The position numbers were made by a program, and so were the translations under genes. A DNA stretch of 64,000 nt from Candidatus Aenigmatarchaeota archaeon (GTDB lineage Archaea > Aenigmatarchaeota > Aenigmatarchaeia > QMZP01 > QMZT01): contig JBGPQP010000003.1 in assembly GCA_041489155.1 (NCBI GenBank), positions 23,297-87,296 of the forward strand, written 5' to 3'. Positions 48,850 through 56,885 of this stretch are shown here, piece after piece (position 1 is the first letter of the stretch; each line of letters starts with the position of its first letter). A model generated the notes under the pieces. The model was not told the origin of the DNA, searched no databases, and saw only the letters and a list, made by a program, of their open reading frames with translations.

Positions 48850-49598
48850 GTTTTTTTGAAAAAGATTATTCTGGCGGGTTTCCCGCCTTTTTTTATAATC
48901 ACTACGTCGCCTTTCTCTAGCCTGCATGCCTGCTCTTCCTGGCCGTCAGAGCAGACTTCGCCTTCCTTGCTCTTGCAGGTTATCGTAACCTTGCCCTTGG
49001 CCATCGTTATCGCGCCTTTTCTGAGCCTTCCTTGGTAAGGAGCGACTGCCACAACGCCAAACCTGCCCGGCGTGTCGAAAGGCTTCGCGCCAGCCGCCTT
49101 TGCGTAGGCGTAGGAGCCGCTTGGCGTGTAAACTATTATGCCTGAATTCCTTTCCCTCGTTTTCCTCCCGTCTATCGCCAGCTCCGCTTCCATCAGCCTT
49201 CTCACGTATATCGGTGAGACCAGCACCTCGTTTATGGACTGGAAGGGCATCTTCGTGTTGCTTATCACGGTTTCCAGCCTGGTGAACTCGCGGATGAAAT
49301 AGTCCTTCCCTTCCCTGCCGCCGAACAGCTTCCGCGCCTTATTTACGAAATCCCTGCCTGTCGCCGTCGAATAATGCCCGACCGACTTGCCGGGGTTTAT
49401 GCTGAACATGGGGCACTCGAGGAACGACTGGTGCTTCAGCATCGTACCATCGCCGCCGACCATTATGGCGAGGTCGCAGTCCTGCGGCTCGTCGAAGACG
49501 TATGCGATGCCATGCTCCCTGAGAATGGAACAGAGCTTGAGCACTATCTGCTCGCCGTATTCCCTTTTCCACGTTATGTAGACTTTCGAGAATTCCAT
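48846..49598 (-). CDS. nadK: NAD kinase
   Basis: 250 aa with the GGDGTML motif (AIMVGGDGTMLKH). Its stop overlaps the stop of the convergent helicase gene by 4 nt. Confidence 0.85.
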   Translation of the reverse strand: MEFSKVYITWKREYGEQIVLKLCSILREHGIAYVFDEPQDCDLAIMVGGDGTMLKHQSFLECPMFSINPGKSVGHYSTATGRDFVNKARKLFGGREGKDYFIREFTRLETVISNTKMPFQSINEVLVSPIYVRRLMEAELAIDGRKTRERNSGIIVYTPSGSYAYAKAAGAKPFDTPGRFGVVAVAPYQGRLRKGAITMAKGKVTITCKSKEGEVCSDGQEEQACRLEKGDVVIIKKGGKPARIIFFKKT

Positions 49599-49734
49599 GC
49601 TTTCGCCCGTCGTCCGCGCCAGATAAACTAATTTTGTCCGCGGTTCTATATATTCATTTTATAGAGTCCTGCCTTTGCCCCGGCTGCCGGCAAATTACCC
49701 AAAATTAAGTAAAATTAACCACTATTCGATGACA

Positions 49735-49760
49735 AAAATATTTATAAATATATAATATAA
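49735..49760 (+). promoter_or_regulatory. AT-rich TATA-like region upstream of the propeller array
   Basis: aaaatatttataaatatataatataa lies about 50-70 nt upstream of the ATG at 49808. A GAGGTG Shine-Dalgarno-like element sits 7 nt before that ATG. Confidence 0.3.
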
Positions 49761-49807
49761 TTAATTAGTAACGATTCGAAGATTTCAACTACCAGAGGTG
49801 TTTGTGG

Positions 49808-51184
49808 ATGGATTTCGGCTTTGAAGGCTTCGACTCCGGTTTCACCGGTTTTGACGTGGATGTAGAAGAGTTTCAGGTCAGCAAAAAGAAGAAATATGAC
49901 AGGATATGGAAAGTCGGTTTCGGCGGAAGCGTGTGTTCAAAACCCGTCATACTCAATGACGTAATATACTTCGGCTCCCTCGACCACAACGTTTATGCTA
50001 TTGATATCAAAACGGAAAAAGAGGTCTGGAGATTCAAGACCAACGGCATAATATTGGATTCTTCCCCGACGATACACAATGGTGTATTGTTTATAGGATG
50101 TTTTGGCGGAACCATTCATGCAATAAACATTCGGACAGGCAGGGAAGTGTGGAATTACAAGGCAGGAGGAGAGATAAACTGCAGGCCGCTTGTCTGGAAC
50201 GGCGCGGTTTATTTCACGTCGAAGGACGGTTTTCTTTACGCCGTATACGAAACGGGAGGGAAGGAAATCTGGCGCTTCCGGACAGGAGACGAAATGGTTT
50301 CATCTCCCACTGTCCACAAAGGCAAAATATTCATCGGTTCTTATGACGGCAATCTTTATTGCATCAAGGAGGATACAGGCAAGGAGCTGTGGAGATTCAG
50401 AACAGGGGCGGAGATAGAGAACGATGACCAGTTCCTCATACACGAAGACATCATCTACTTCGGAGGCTTTGACAATTTCCTTTATGCGGTTGATATCGAA
50501 ACCGGCAAGGAAATATGGAGGTTCAGGACCGGCAAGTATGGCAACAACAGCGTTCCAGTGATTCATAACGATGTTCTTTACCATGGAAGCAGGGACGGCA
50601 TTTTTTACGCGCTTTCGCTTGAAGGCAAGGAGATATGGAGGTTCAAGGCGGGAGCGGAGATAACGGACAAGGGCCCGCTCGTATACAGGGGCAGGATTCA
50701 CTTCGGGTGTGGCGACGGGAACGTGTATTGCTTGAGCACCGAAGGAGAGGAAATATGGCGTTACAAGACGGACGGAGGCGTGTACACTTCGATAGTCGAG
50801 CATGAAGGGGTCCTATACTTCGGCAGCTGGGACTGCCACCTGTATGCGCTGGACGCGGACACAGGCAGGGAAATTTGGAGGTTCACGACAAGCACGCTAA
50901 CAAAAGCCCCATTACCTCCTGCATACGAATGCTTCGAGATGGAAATCAAAAAGGAAACGCACATAGAAGAGGCCATGGGAGACAGCAGGTACAAGAAGAA
51001 AAGGGAAGAGACATCGTCCCTATCAGATTATCATATTACAAGCGAATACCACACGGAATCGGAGTACAAGCAGAAATCAGAGTACGATACGAACTGGGTC
51101 ATGTTTGAAGATGTCATGGAAGGAGAGGAATTATGTCTTTTGGATTCGAAGGTTTCGCATCCTCGGATTTTGAGACCGAGCTAG
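49808..51184 (+). CDS. PQQ-like 8-bladed beta-propeller protein, paralogue 1
   Basis: The track start at 49802 is TTG; I prefer the ATG at 49808 (MDFGFEGFDSGF...). Eight ~40-aa blades of the type VIYFGS.D..VYAID..TGKEVWRFKT. No signal peptide or TM segment. Confidence 0.8.
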   Translation: MDFGFEGFDSGFTGFDVDVEEFQVSKKKKYDRIWKVGFGGSVCSKPVILNDVIYFGSLDHNVYAIDIKTEKEVWRFKTNGIILDSSPTIHNGVLFIGCFGGTIHAINIRTGREVWNYKAGGEINCRPLVWNGAVYFTSKDGFLYAVYETGGKEIWRFRTGDEMVSSPTVHKGKIFIGSYDGNLYCIKEDTGKELWRFRTGAEIENDDQFLIHEDIIYFGGFDNFLYAVDIETGKEIWRFRTGKYGNNSVPVIHNDVLYHGSRDGIFYALSLEGKEIWRFKAGAEITDKGPLVYRGRIHFGCGDGNVYCLSTEGEEIWRYKTDGGVYTSIVEHEGVLYFGSWDCHLYALDADTGREIWRFTTSTLTKAPLPPAYECFEMEIKKETHIEEAMGDSRYKKKREETSSLSDYHITSEYHTESEYKQKSEYDTNWVMFEDVMEGEELCLLDSKVSHPRILRPS

Positions 51185-52488
51185 AGGATTTCAGCGTGAA
51201 GAGGATCGGCAAGTTCGACAGGATGTGGAAGATTACCGAAGGCGGCAGCATAGCCCATTCCATACTGCACGACGGCATGGTTTACTTCGGTTCTTGTGAC
51301 AGAAATGTTTACGCCGTTGATTGCAAGAGCGGCAAGGAGATATGGAGGTTCAAGACCGGAGGACCTGTAACAGCAATGCCCTTTTTTAAGGAAGGCGTGC
51401 TTTACATAGGCTCGCATGACGGCAAATTCTATGCGCTTGAAGCAAAGAGTGGAAAGGAGATGTGGAGATTCAACGCAGGCAGCGAGATATTTTCCGGTTC
51501 ATTCGTTCATGAGGGCATGATTTTCTTCGGCTGCAGGAGCGGTTATTTTTACGCGCTGAACACCGAAGGCGAAGAGCTCTGGAGGTTCAGGACGGGCAGC
51601 GAAATAGTCTTCAATCCCGTCGCCGCAAATGGAAAGGTTTTCGTGGGCTCGTTCGACAGGAACCTTTATTGCTTGGACTTCGAAAACGGCAAAGAACTCT
51701 GGAGGTTTAAGACAGGAGACATCGTGCACGCTGACATCATGCCGCTGGTTCTGGAAAATATGATTTACTTCGCTTCTTTTGACAGCTATCTGTACGCAGT
51801 CGACGTTACAAGCGGCAAGGAGATATGGAGGTTCAAGACAGGAAAATACGGAAATGCAGGAAGTCCCGTGTGTTACAGAGGAGTCATCTACCACGGTTCC
51901 AGAGACGGAATTCTTTATGTCCTGACTCTTGAAGGCAAAGAAATGTGGAGATTCAAGACGGGAGGCATGCTAGAATCTCCACCTCTAGTCAAGGATGCTT
52001 ATGTTTATCTGACTTCCGAGGACGGGAATGTTTACTGCCTAAATCTCGATGGGAAAGAGCTGTGGAGGTTCAAGGCCGGAGGAGCGATTTACACCTCGCC
52101 TAAATTCTACAAAAACGTTCTTTACATTGGCTCATGGGACTGCCATCTTTATGCGCTGAATCTCAGGGGGGAAGAAATCTGGAGATTCGCAACAAGCTCT
52201 CTCGTTCCAGCACAAATACCGCCGGCCCACGAGGCCTTCAAGATGGAGATATCAAAAACGTTTGAAAGCGATACCATTGAAGAAAAGGACAAATACAAGG
52301 CGAAGAAAGACGAGACAATCTCGCTTTCCGACTATCACGTCAAAAGTGAATATCACACGGAAAGCGAGTACAAGCAGAAGAGTGAATATGAAGCCAACTG
52401 GGTTATATTTGAAGGAGTTCTAGAAGGTGAACAGATATGGACTTCGGATTTGAAGATCTTGACACCGGCTTCTCGGCTTTCGACGTAG
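51133..52488 (+). CDS. PQQ-like 8-bladed beta-propeller protein, paralogue 2
   Basis: Starts MSFGFEGFASSDFETELEDF, with its own GGAGAGG 5 nt upstream. Eight blades. The start lies 52 nt inside paralogue 1, in another frame. Confidence 0.8.
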   Translation: MSFGFEGFASSDFETELEDFSVKRIGKFDRMWKITEGGSIAHSILHDGMVYFGSCDRNVYAVDCKSGKEIWRFKTGGPVTAMPFFKEGVLYIGSHDGKFYALEAKSGKEMWRFNAGSEIFSGSFVHEGMIFFGCRSGYFYALNTEGEELWRFRTGSEIVFNPVAANGKVFVGSFDRNLYCLDFENGKELWRFKTGDIVHADIMPLVLENMIYFASFDSYLYAVDVTSGKEIWRFKTGKYGNAGSPVCYRGVIYHGSRDGILYVLTLEGKEMWRFKTGGMLESPPLVKDAYVYLTSEDGNVYCLNLDGKELWRFKAGGAIYTSPKFYKNVLYIGSWDCHLYALNLRGEEIWRFATSSLVPAQIPPAHEAFKMEISKTFESDTIEEKDKYKAKKDETISLSDYHVKSEYHTESEYKQKSEYEANWVIFEGVLEGEQIWTSDLKILTPASRLST

Positions 52489-53819
52489 ACGTAGAGGAAG
52501 TCGTGGTGAAGAAGACGAAGACTTACGACAGGGTATGGAAGACAACCATGGGCGGGAGCATAGACAACAACCCGCTGATGCATGAAGGGATTATCTACTT
52601 TGGCGCGTGCGACGGCCAAGTCTATGCGGTTGATGCAGGAAGCGGCAAAGTCATCTGGACGTTCAGGACGAGCGACACCATAGTCGGCTCCTCGCCCGCG
52701 CTTTTCGGGAACTCGATAATCATAGGATCGTACGACGGGAACCTCTACAGGATAGATTTGGAAAAAAGGGATGCGGTCTGGGTTTTTAAAACCTCGGGCA
52801 AGATATTCAGCTCGCCGTTTGTATACGGGGAAAACGCCTATTTCGGCTCGATGGACGGTAACGTTTATGCGGTCAACTGCGAGGTCGGCAAGGAGACCTG
52901 GAGATTCAGGACGGGCGGGGAGATAGCGTCATCGCCGCTGGTTGAGAACGGAAAGGTGTACATCACATCTTACGACCATAACATGTATTGCTTGGATGCT
53001 GAAACAGGAAAGGAATTGTGGAGGTTCAGGACAGGGGACGAGATGATAAACAACATACCCTTCATAGTACACAGGGGAGTTCTCTATTTTGGCAGCCTAG
53101 ACAATTATCTTTACGCTGTTGACTGCAACACAGGCAAGGAGCTGTGGAGATTCAAAGCTGGCAAATACGGCATCGGAGGCAGCATGCCAGTCGTCCACAA
53201 AGATGTGCTTTACTTCGGTACAAGGGACGGGGACTTTTTTGCCCTCACTCTTAGAGGTAAGGAGCTCTGGCGCTTCCGCGCGGGCGAGCCGATAATCGGA
53301 CAGCAGCCAAGGATTTACAATGGCATGATAATTTTCGGATGCGAGGACGGCAACATTTATTTCCTTGATATCAAAGGCAAGGAAATAGGAAGATTCAAGA
53401 CAGGCGGAAGACTTTACGGAAAGTTCCTTTTGCATGAAGGCAAGATATACATCGGCAGCTGGGACTGTTATCTTTATTGCATAGATACTGAGAACAGGAA
53501 GGAAGTATGGAGATGCCCGACGTCGACAATGGTGCAGGCCTACATACCGCCGGCACACGCCTCGTTCAGCGTCGAGATAAAGAAGGGCGTGCATATAGAA
53601 GACGCTGTCAGCGAGGACAAATACAGGTCGAAAAAGAAGGAAGAAGTTGTTTCCCTTTCTGATTATCACGTGAAAAGCGAATATCATACGGAAAGCGAGT
53701 ACAAACAAAAATCAGAATACGATACTAACTGGGTTATGTTTGAAGATGTCACGGAAGGAGAGGAATTATGTCTTTTGGATTCGACACTTTTGAATCCGGT
53801 TTCTCGGATTTTGATGTAG
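52437..53819 (+). CDS. PQQ-like 8-bladed beta-propeller protein, paralogue 3
   Basis: Starts MDFGFEDLDTGFSAFDVDVEE, with AAGGTGA 6 nt upstream. Eight blades. Overlaps paralogue 2 by 52 nt. Confidence 0.8.
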   Translation: MDFGFEDLDTGFSAFDVDVEEVVVKKTKTYDRVWKTTMGGSIDNNPLMHEGIIYFGACDGQVYAVDAGSGKVIWTFRTSDTIVGSSPALFGNSIIIGSYDGNLYRIDLEKRDAVWVFKTSGKIFSSPFVYGENAYFGSMDGNVYAVNCEVGKETWRFRTGGEIASSPLVENGKVYITSYDHNMYCLDAETGKELWRFRTGDEMINNIPFIVHRGVLYFGSLDNYLYAVDCNTGKELWRFKAGKYGIGGSMPVVHKDVLYFGTRDGDFFALTLRGKELWRFRAGEPIIGQQPRIYNGMIIFGCEDGNIYFLDIKGKEIGRFKTGGRLYGKFLLHEGKIYIGSWDCYLYCIDTENRKEVWRCPTSTMVQAYIPPAHASFSVEIKKGVHIEDAVSEDKYRSKKKEEVVSLSDYHVKSEYHTESEYKQKSEYDTNWVMFEDVTEGEELCLLDSTLLNPVSRILM

Positions 53820-55132
53820 ACGTTGAAGAAGTGACGATGAGGAAGACCAAGAAGTTCGACCGCGTATTCCGCGTCGGCTTCGGCGGCAGCATAAACCAGA
53901 AGCCGCTTATTTTGGGCGATATCATCGTTTTCGGCTCCATGGACCATTACCTTTATGCGGTTAATCTGGAGACCGGCATGGAAGCATGGAGGATGAAGGC
54001 GAACGGCATCTTCATGGAATCGTCGCCCGTGACAGACGGCGAGACGGTTTTCATTGGCAGTTATGATTATTGCCTTTACGCAGTTGACCCCGAAGACGGC
54101 GGCATCAGATGGAGGTTCAGAACAGGAGGCGAAATCCTAGGCACGCCCGCACTGGACGAAAAGCATGTTTACATAGGTTCAAGGGATGGAAGCTTTTATT
54201 GTCTGGACAAAGAGTCGGGCAAAGAACTTTGGAGGTTCAGGACAGGAGACTGGGTTGTAGCGAGCGCATTTGTCGATAAGGGAAGGGTCTACATAGGCTC
54301 CTTTGATGGCAATTTCTACTGTCTCGACAAGCGCACAGGCAAGGAGATATGGCGCTTCAGGGCCGGTGCGGAGATATACGATGTCTACCCTGGTAATGTA
54401 ATGAATGGCAGAATTTTCGTTCCATGTTTTGACAACAACCTCTACTGCATCAATGCGGACAACGGCAAGGAAATATGGAGGTTCAGGGTCGGCAGATACG
54501 GCACTGCAACTGCGCCAGCCGTCTACAAAAACGTGCTTTACCAGGAATCAAGGGACGGCATCCTTTACGCCCTGACGCTTGATGGCAAGGAGATCTGGAG
54601 ATTCAAGACAGGCGGCCTCATAGGGATGCCTGTCATAAAAGAGGACAGGATCTATGTCGGCTCGGCTGACAAGAATCTTTACTGCGTAGATCTGCATGGA
54701 AAAGAGCTATGGAGATTCAGGACTGACGGAGATGTTTTCTGGTGCCCTGTGATAAAAGGCAACGTGATATACTTCACCTCTTGGGACTGCCACCTTTACG
54801 CCGTAGATTTGGAAACGCGCAAAGAGTTGTGGAGGTTTGCGACTTCCACGTTGTCGCAGGCCGAGTGGCCTCCTGCGTACGAAGGCTGGGAAGCAGAAAT
54901 AAAGAAGGGAATGCACATAGAGGACGCAATAACAGAGGAAAGATACAAGGCCAGGAAAAAGGAGAACGTGGTTTCACTCTCCGATTACCACGTTGCCAGC
55001 GAGTATCATATGGAATCTGAATATAAGCAAAAGTCTGATTACAGCACTAACTGGGCTATGTTCGAGGAAGACCTGATTACAGGGTTCATTCAGGCAGAGA
55101 GTATCAACATTCTGCAGAAATTTATGAAGTAA
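53768..55132 (+). CDS. PQQ-like 8-bladed beta-propeller protein, paralogue 4
   Basis: Starts MSFGFDTFESGFSDFDVDVEE, with GGAGAGG upstream. Eight blades. It is the only copy with a free C-terminus (...NWAMFEEDLITGFIQAESINILQKFMK). Confidence 0.8.
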   Translation: MSFGFDTFESGFSDFDVDVEEVTMRKTKKFDRVFRVGFGGSINQKPLILGDIIVFGSMDHYLYAVNLETGMEAWRMKANGIFMESSPVTDGETVFIGSYDYCLYAVDPEDGGIRWRFRTGGEILGTPALDEKHVYIGSRDGSFYCLDKESGKELWRFRTGDWVVASAFVDKGRVYIGSFDGNFYCLDKRTGKEIWRFRAGAEIYDVYPGNVMNGRIFVPCFDNNLYCINADNGKEIWRFRVGRYGTATAPAVYKNVLYQESRDGILYALTLDGKEIWRFKTGGLIGMPVIKEDRIYVGSADKNLYCVDLHGKELWRFRTDGDVFWCPVIKGNVIYFTSWDCHLYAVDLETRKELWRFATSTLSQAEWPPAYEGWEAEIKKGMHIEDAITEERYKARKKENVVSLSDYHVASEYHMESEYKQKSDYSTNWAMFEEDLITGFIQAESINILQKFMK

Positions 55133-55144
55133 AAAAGCCTGACC

Positions 55145-56224
55145 CTAATCGGCGACATGAGGCAGCAGGTTCGCTTTTTTCGTCAGCCACCATACAATTA
55201 AGGTTGCCACTATCGTACAAATAGCAAGAACCGGAATGTACCAGTAGACGTCGTCAGCAGTGAACTGGAACATGGGATTGCCGGCGATGGTCGCGATGGT
55301 GTTCGGGACCAGCAGCGCGGTGCCTATTATCGCAAGATACGCCGCCAGCAGCGCGAGGCGGTTGTTGAGAATCTGGAGCTGGTTATTGTATATTGATTGC
55401 AGCACTTCGAGGCCGCTGGCAAGGACCTCGCTCAGGTGCTCGGCAAGGCCGATGTGCGAATGCACCTCGCCGACCAGGCCGCTAAGCCGGTCAAGTATTT
55501 TGGAATCATCCGTGAGCAAATCAGGGTCGCCGTAGCGTATCGAGTTCAGCGCATCCACGGTTGACCACATCCCCCCGAGATAGACGATGAGCGCGTGCTT
55601 CATCTGGTGTATCTTGGGACCCAGAATCTGCCGCGGCGTTTTGGGATCCGAAAGTTCCTCGCTCATCTTGTCTCCCAACTCTTCTATCTCCCTCAGGTGG
55701 TCGAAGTTGCGCGAGTTATTTTCATCGATTATGCGAATCAGAAGCATCGTTATCTTGTCGTTCTGCAAAAGACCTTCAGGAAGCTTTCTCAGCAGGGTTT
55801 CAGCGTATCTTCTCACGCGGAAAAACCTTTTGGTTTCAATCGTGTGTATCGTGAAGATTACGTTCTGCTTTATGAAAATCAGGAGAGGATCTATGTCCAC
55901 TTCGAAGCCCTTGACTTTCAACGCGGGAAGCAGAATGCCGACCTCGTTGCCAAAATCCTCGTAGCCGCTTCGGGAGGATTTAATGATTTTCTTGGCAAGC
56001 TGCTCGGTAAAGCCCAGCGATGTTGCGACTTCAACGCTTTCAGTTTCAAAGTCGCTCACAACGTAATCTATCCACGCTACGGTCGCTTCTTTTATCAGCG
56101 GGCAAAAATCCTTTACGTTGTCCGACTCCTTGCACCTCGTCTCGCCGCTTTCGTAAAGCGCTGCGCAGAAGCCGCGGTTTTCAAAAACCGAATCCTTGTT
56201 TTCCCCTTCATTCGCGTTTTCCAT
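55145..56224 (-). CDS. corA: CorA-family divalent cation channel homologue with a non-canonical pore motif
   Basis: 359 aa. A cytoplasmic alpha/beta-plus-coiled-coil region is followed by two C-terminal TM helices. The YGMNF position reads AGNPMF. Confidence 0.7.
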   Translation of the reverse strand: MENANEGENKDSVFENRGFCAALYESGETRCKESDNVKDFCPLIKEATVAWIDYVVSDFETESVEVATSLGFTEQLAKKIIKSSRSGYEDFGNEVGILLPALKVKGFEVDIDPLLIFIKQNVIFTIHTIETKRFFRVRRYAETLLRKLPEGLLQNDKITMLLIRIIDENNSRNFDHLREIEELGDKMSEELSDPKTPRQILGPKIHQMKHALIVYLGGMWSTVDALNSIRYGDPDLLTDDSKILDRLSGLVGEVHSHIGLAEHLSEVLASGLEVLQSIYNNQLQILNNRLALLAAYLAIIGTALLVPNTIATIAGNPMFQFTADDVYWYIPVLAICTIVATLIVWWLTKKANLLPHVAD

Positions 56225-56257
56225 ATTTTACTATCGTTTCGGGAAATATAAATCCCT

Positions 56258-56866
56258 TTAAATGCCCAGAAATCTTTCGGCGATTTTTTTCACATCCTCG
56301 AATACTTCATCCTTAGTCCTGTCGCCGTTTACCACGAAGAAGCGCTCGTCCTTCGCCATTCTGTGATACGCGTCCCTAACCTTGCGCAGCAGCTCGACCT
56401 TCTCGAGCCTGTCGTCCGGTCTCGCCCGCTTCCGCTGCAGCGAAATCTCGGGTGCGATATCGATGAAAATCACGAGGTCCGGCTTCCTCACGTTCTCATG
56501 CAGCTTCCTTATCCATTCCGGCTTAACGCCGAATATCGCCGATTCGTAGGCGATTGTGGAATAATAATATCTGTCCGAGACGACAGTCTTGCCATCCGCC
56601 AGCGCGGGCAGAATCGTTTTCTTCAGATGCTCGAAGCGGTCGGCCGTGTAAAGGAGAGCAATTGTCTCGCCACTTTTCAACTCGAACTTGCCCGCGAGCC
56701 AGTCTTTCACGAGCCTGCCTGCCGGATTATCCGGGCTCGGCTCCTCCGTGTAAAGCACTTGCGCGCCTTTCTTGCGCAGATGCCCGCACAGCAACTGTGC
56801 CTGAGTCGCCTTGCCGGATTTATCGATGCCCTCGAACACGATGAACTTGCCCTGCATAAAGAACAA
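56258..56866 (-). CDS. tmk: Thymidylate kinase
   Basis: 202 aa. P-loop FEGIDKSGKATQ and the DRY motif (VSDRYYYS). Confidence 0.9.
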   Translation of the reverse strand: MFFMQGKFIVFEGIDKSGKATQAQLLCGHLRKKGAQVLYTEEPSPDNPAGRLVKDWLAGKFELKSGETIALLYTADRFEHLKKTILPALADGKTVVSDRYYYSTIAYESAIFGVKPEWIRKLHENVRKPDLVIFIDIAPEISLQRKRARPDDRLEKVELLRKVRDAYHRMAKDERFFVVNGDRTKDEVFEDVKKIAERFLGI

Positions 56867-56885
56867 TAATATTTTTACAATTTAA

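Larger units (their letters stand above)
49808..55132 (+). repeat. Tandem array of four diverged ~1.3-kb gene-length repeat units (propeller paralogues)
   Basis: Start-to-start spacings are 1325, 1304 and 1331 nt. Heads and tails alternate in an A-B-A-B pattern. An 88-nt junction segment is repeated at 51062-51149 and 53697-53784 (82/88 identical). Confidence 0.85.

Noticed and set aside
49802-49807. Track start (TTG at 49802, giving MWMDFGF...) for the first propeller gene. Similar non-ATG or upstream starts appear at 8431, 4667, 1639, 24747, 47482 and 60019.
   Set aside because: In each case a nearby in-frame ATG has a better SD-like context, restores homology to the paralogues or family N-terminus, or removes an implausible overlap. 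Coordinates were adjusted accordingly.
51075-51184. Programmed -1 frameshifting that would fuse the four propeller ORFs into one giant polyprotein. It was suggested by the regular -1 frame staircase.
   Set aside because: In the frame of the downstream gene there is a TGA only about 9 codons upstream of its ATG, so the window for a shift is narrow. I find no X-XXY-YYZ slippery heptamer in register there. Every downstream gene has its own ATG with a well-spaced Shine-Dalgarno-like element. Independent (possibly coupled) initiation is the simpler reading. Ribosome profiling could reopen the question.
49808-55132. The ~120-nt periodicity across the propeller genes could be read as a DNA tandem repeat or a CRISPR-like array.
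   Set aside because: The periodicity is at the protein level (40-aa blades) with diverged nucleotides. There are no identical short repeats separated by unique spacers. The antisense ORFs with recurring EPPYLLA strings (50300-50803, 51499-51894, 53097-53708) are mirror images of the GKEIWRF blades.
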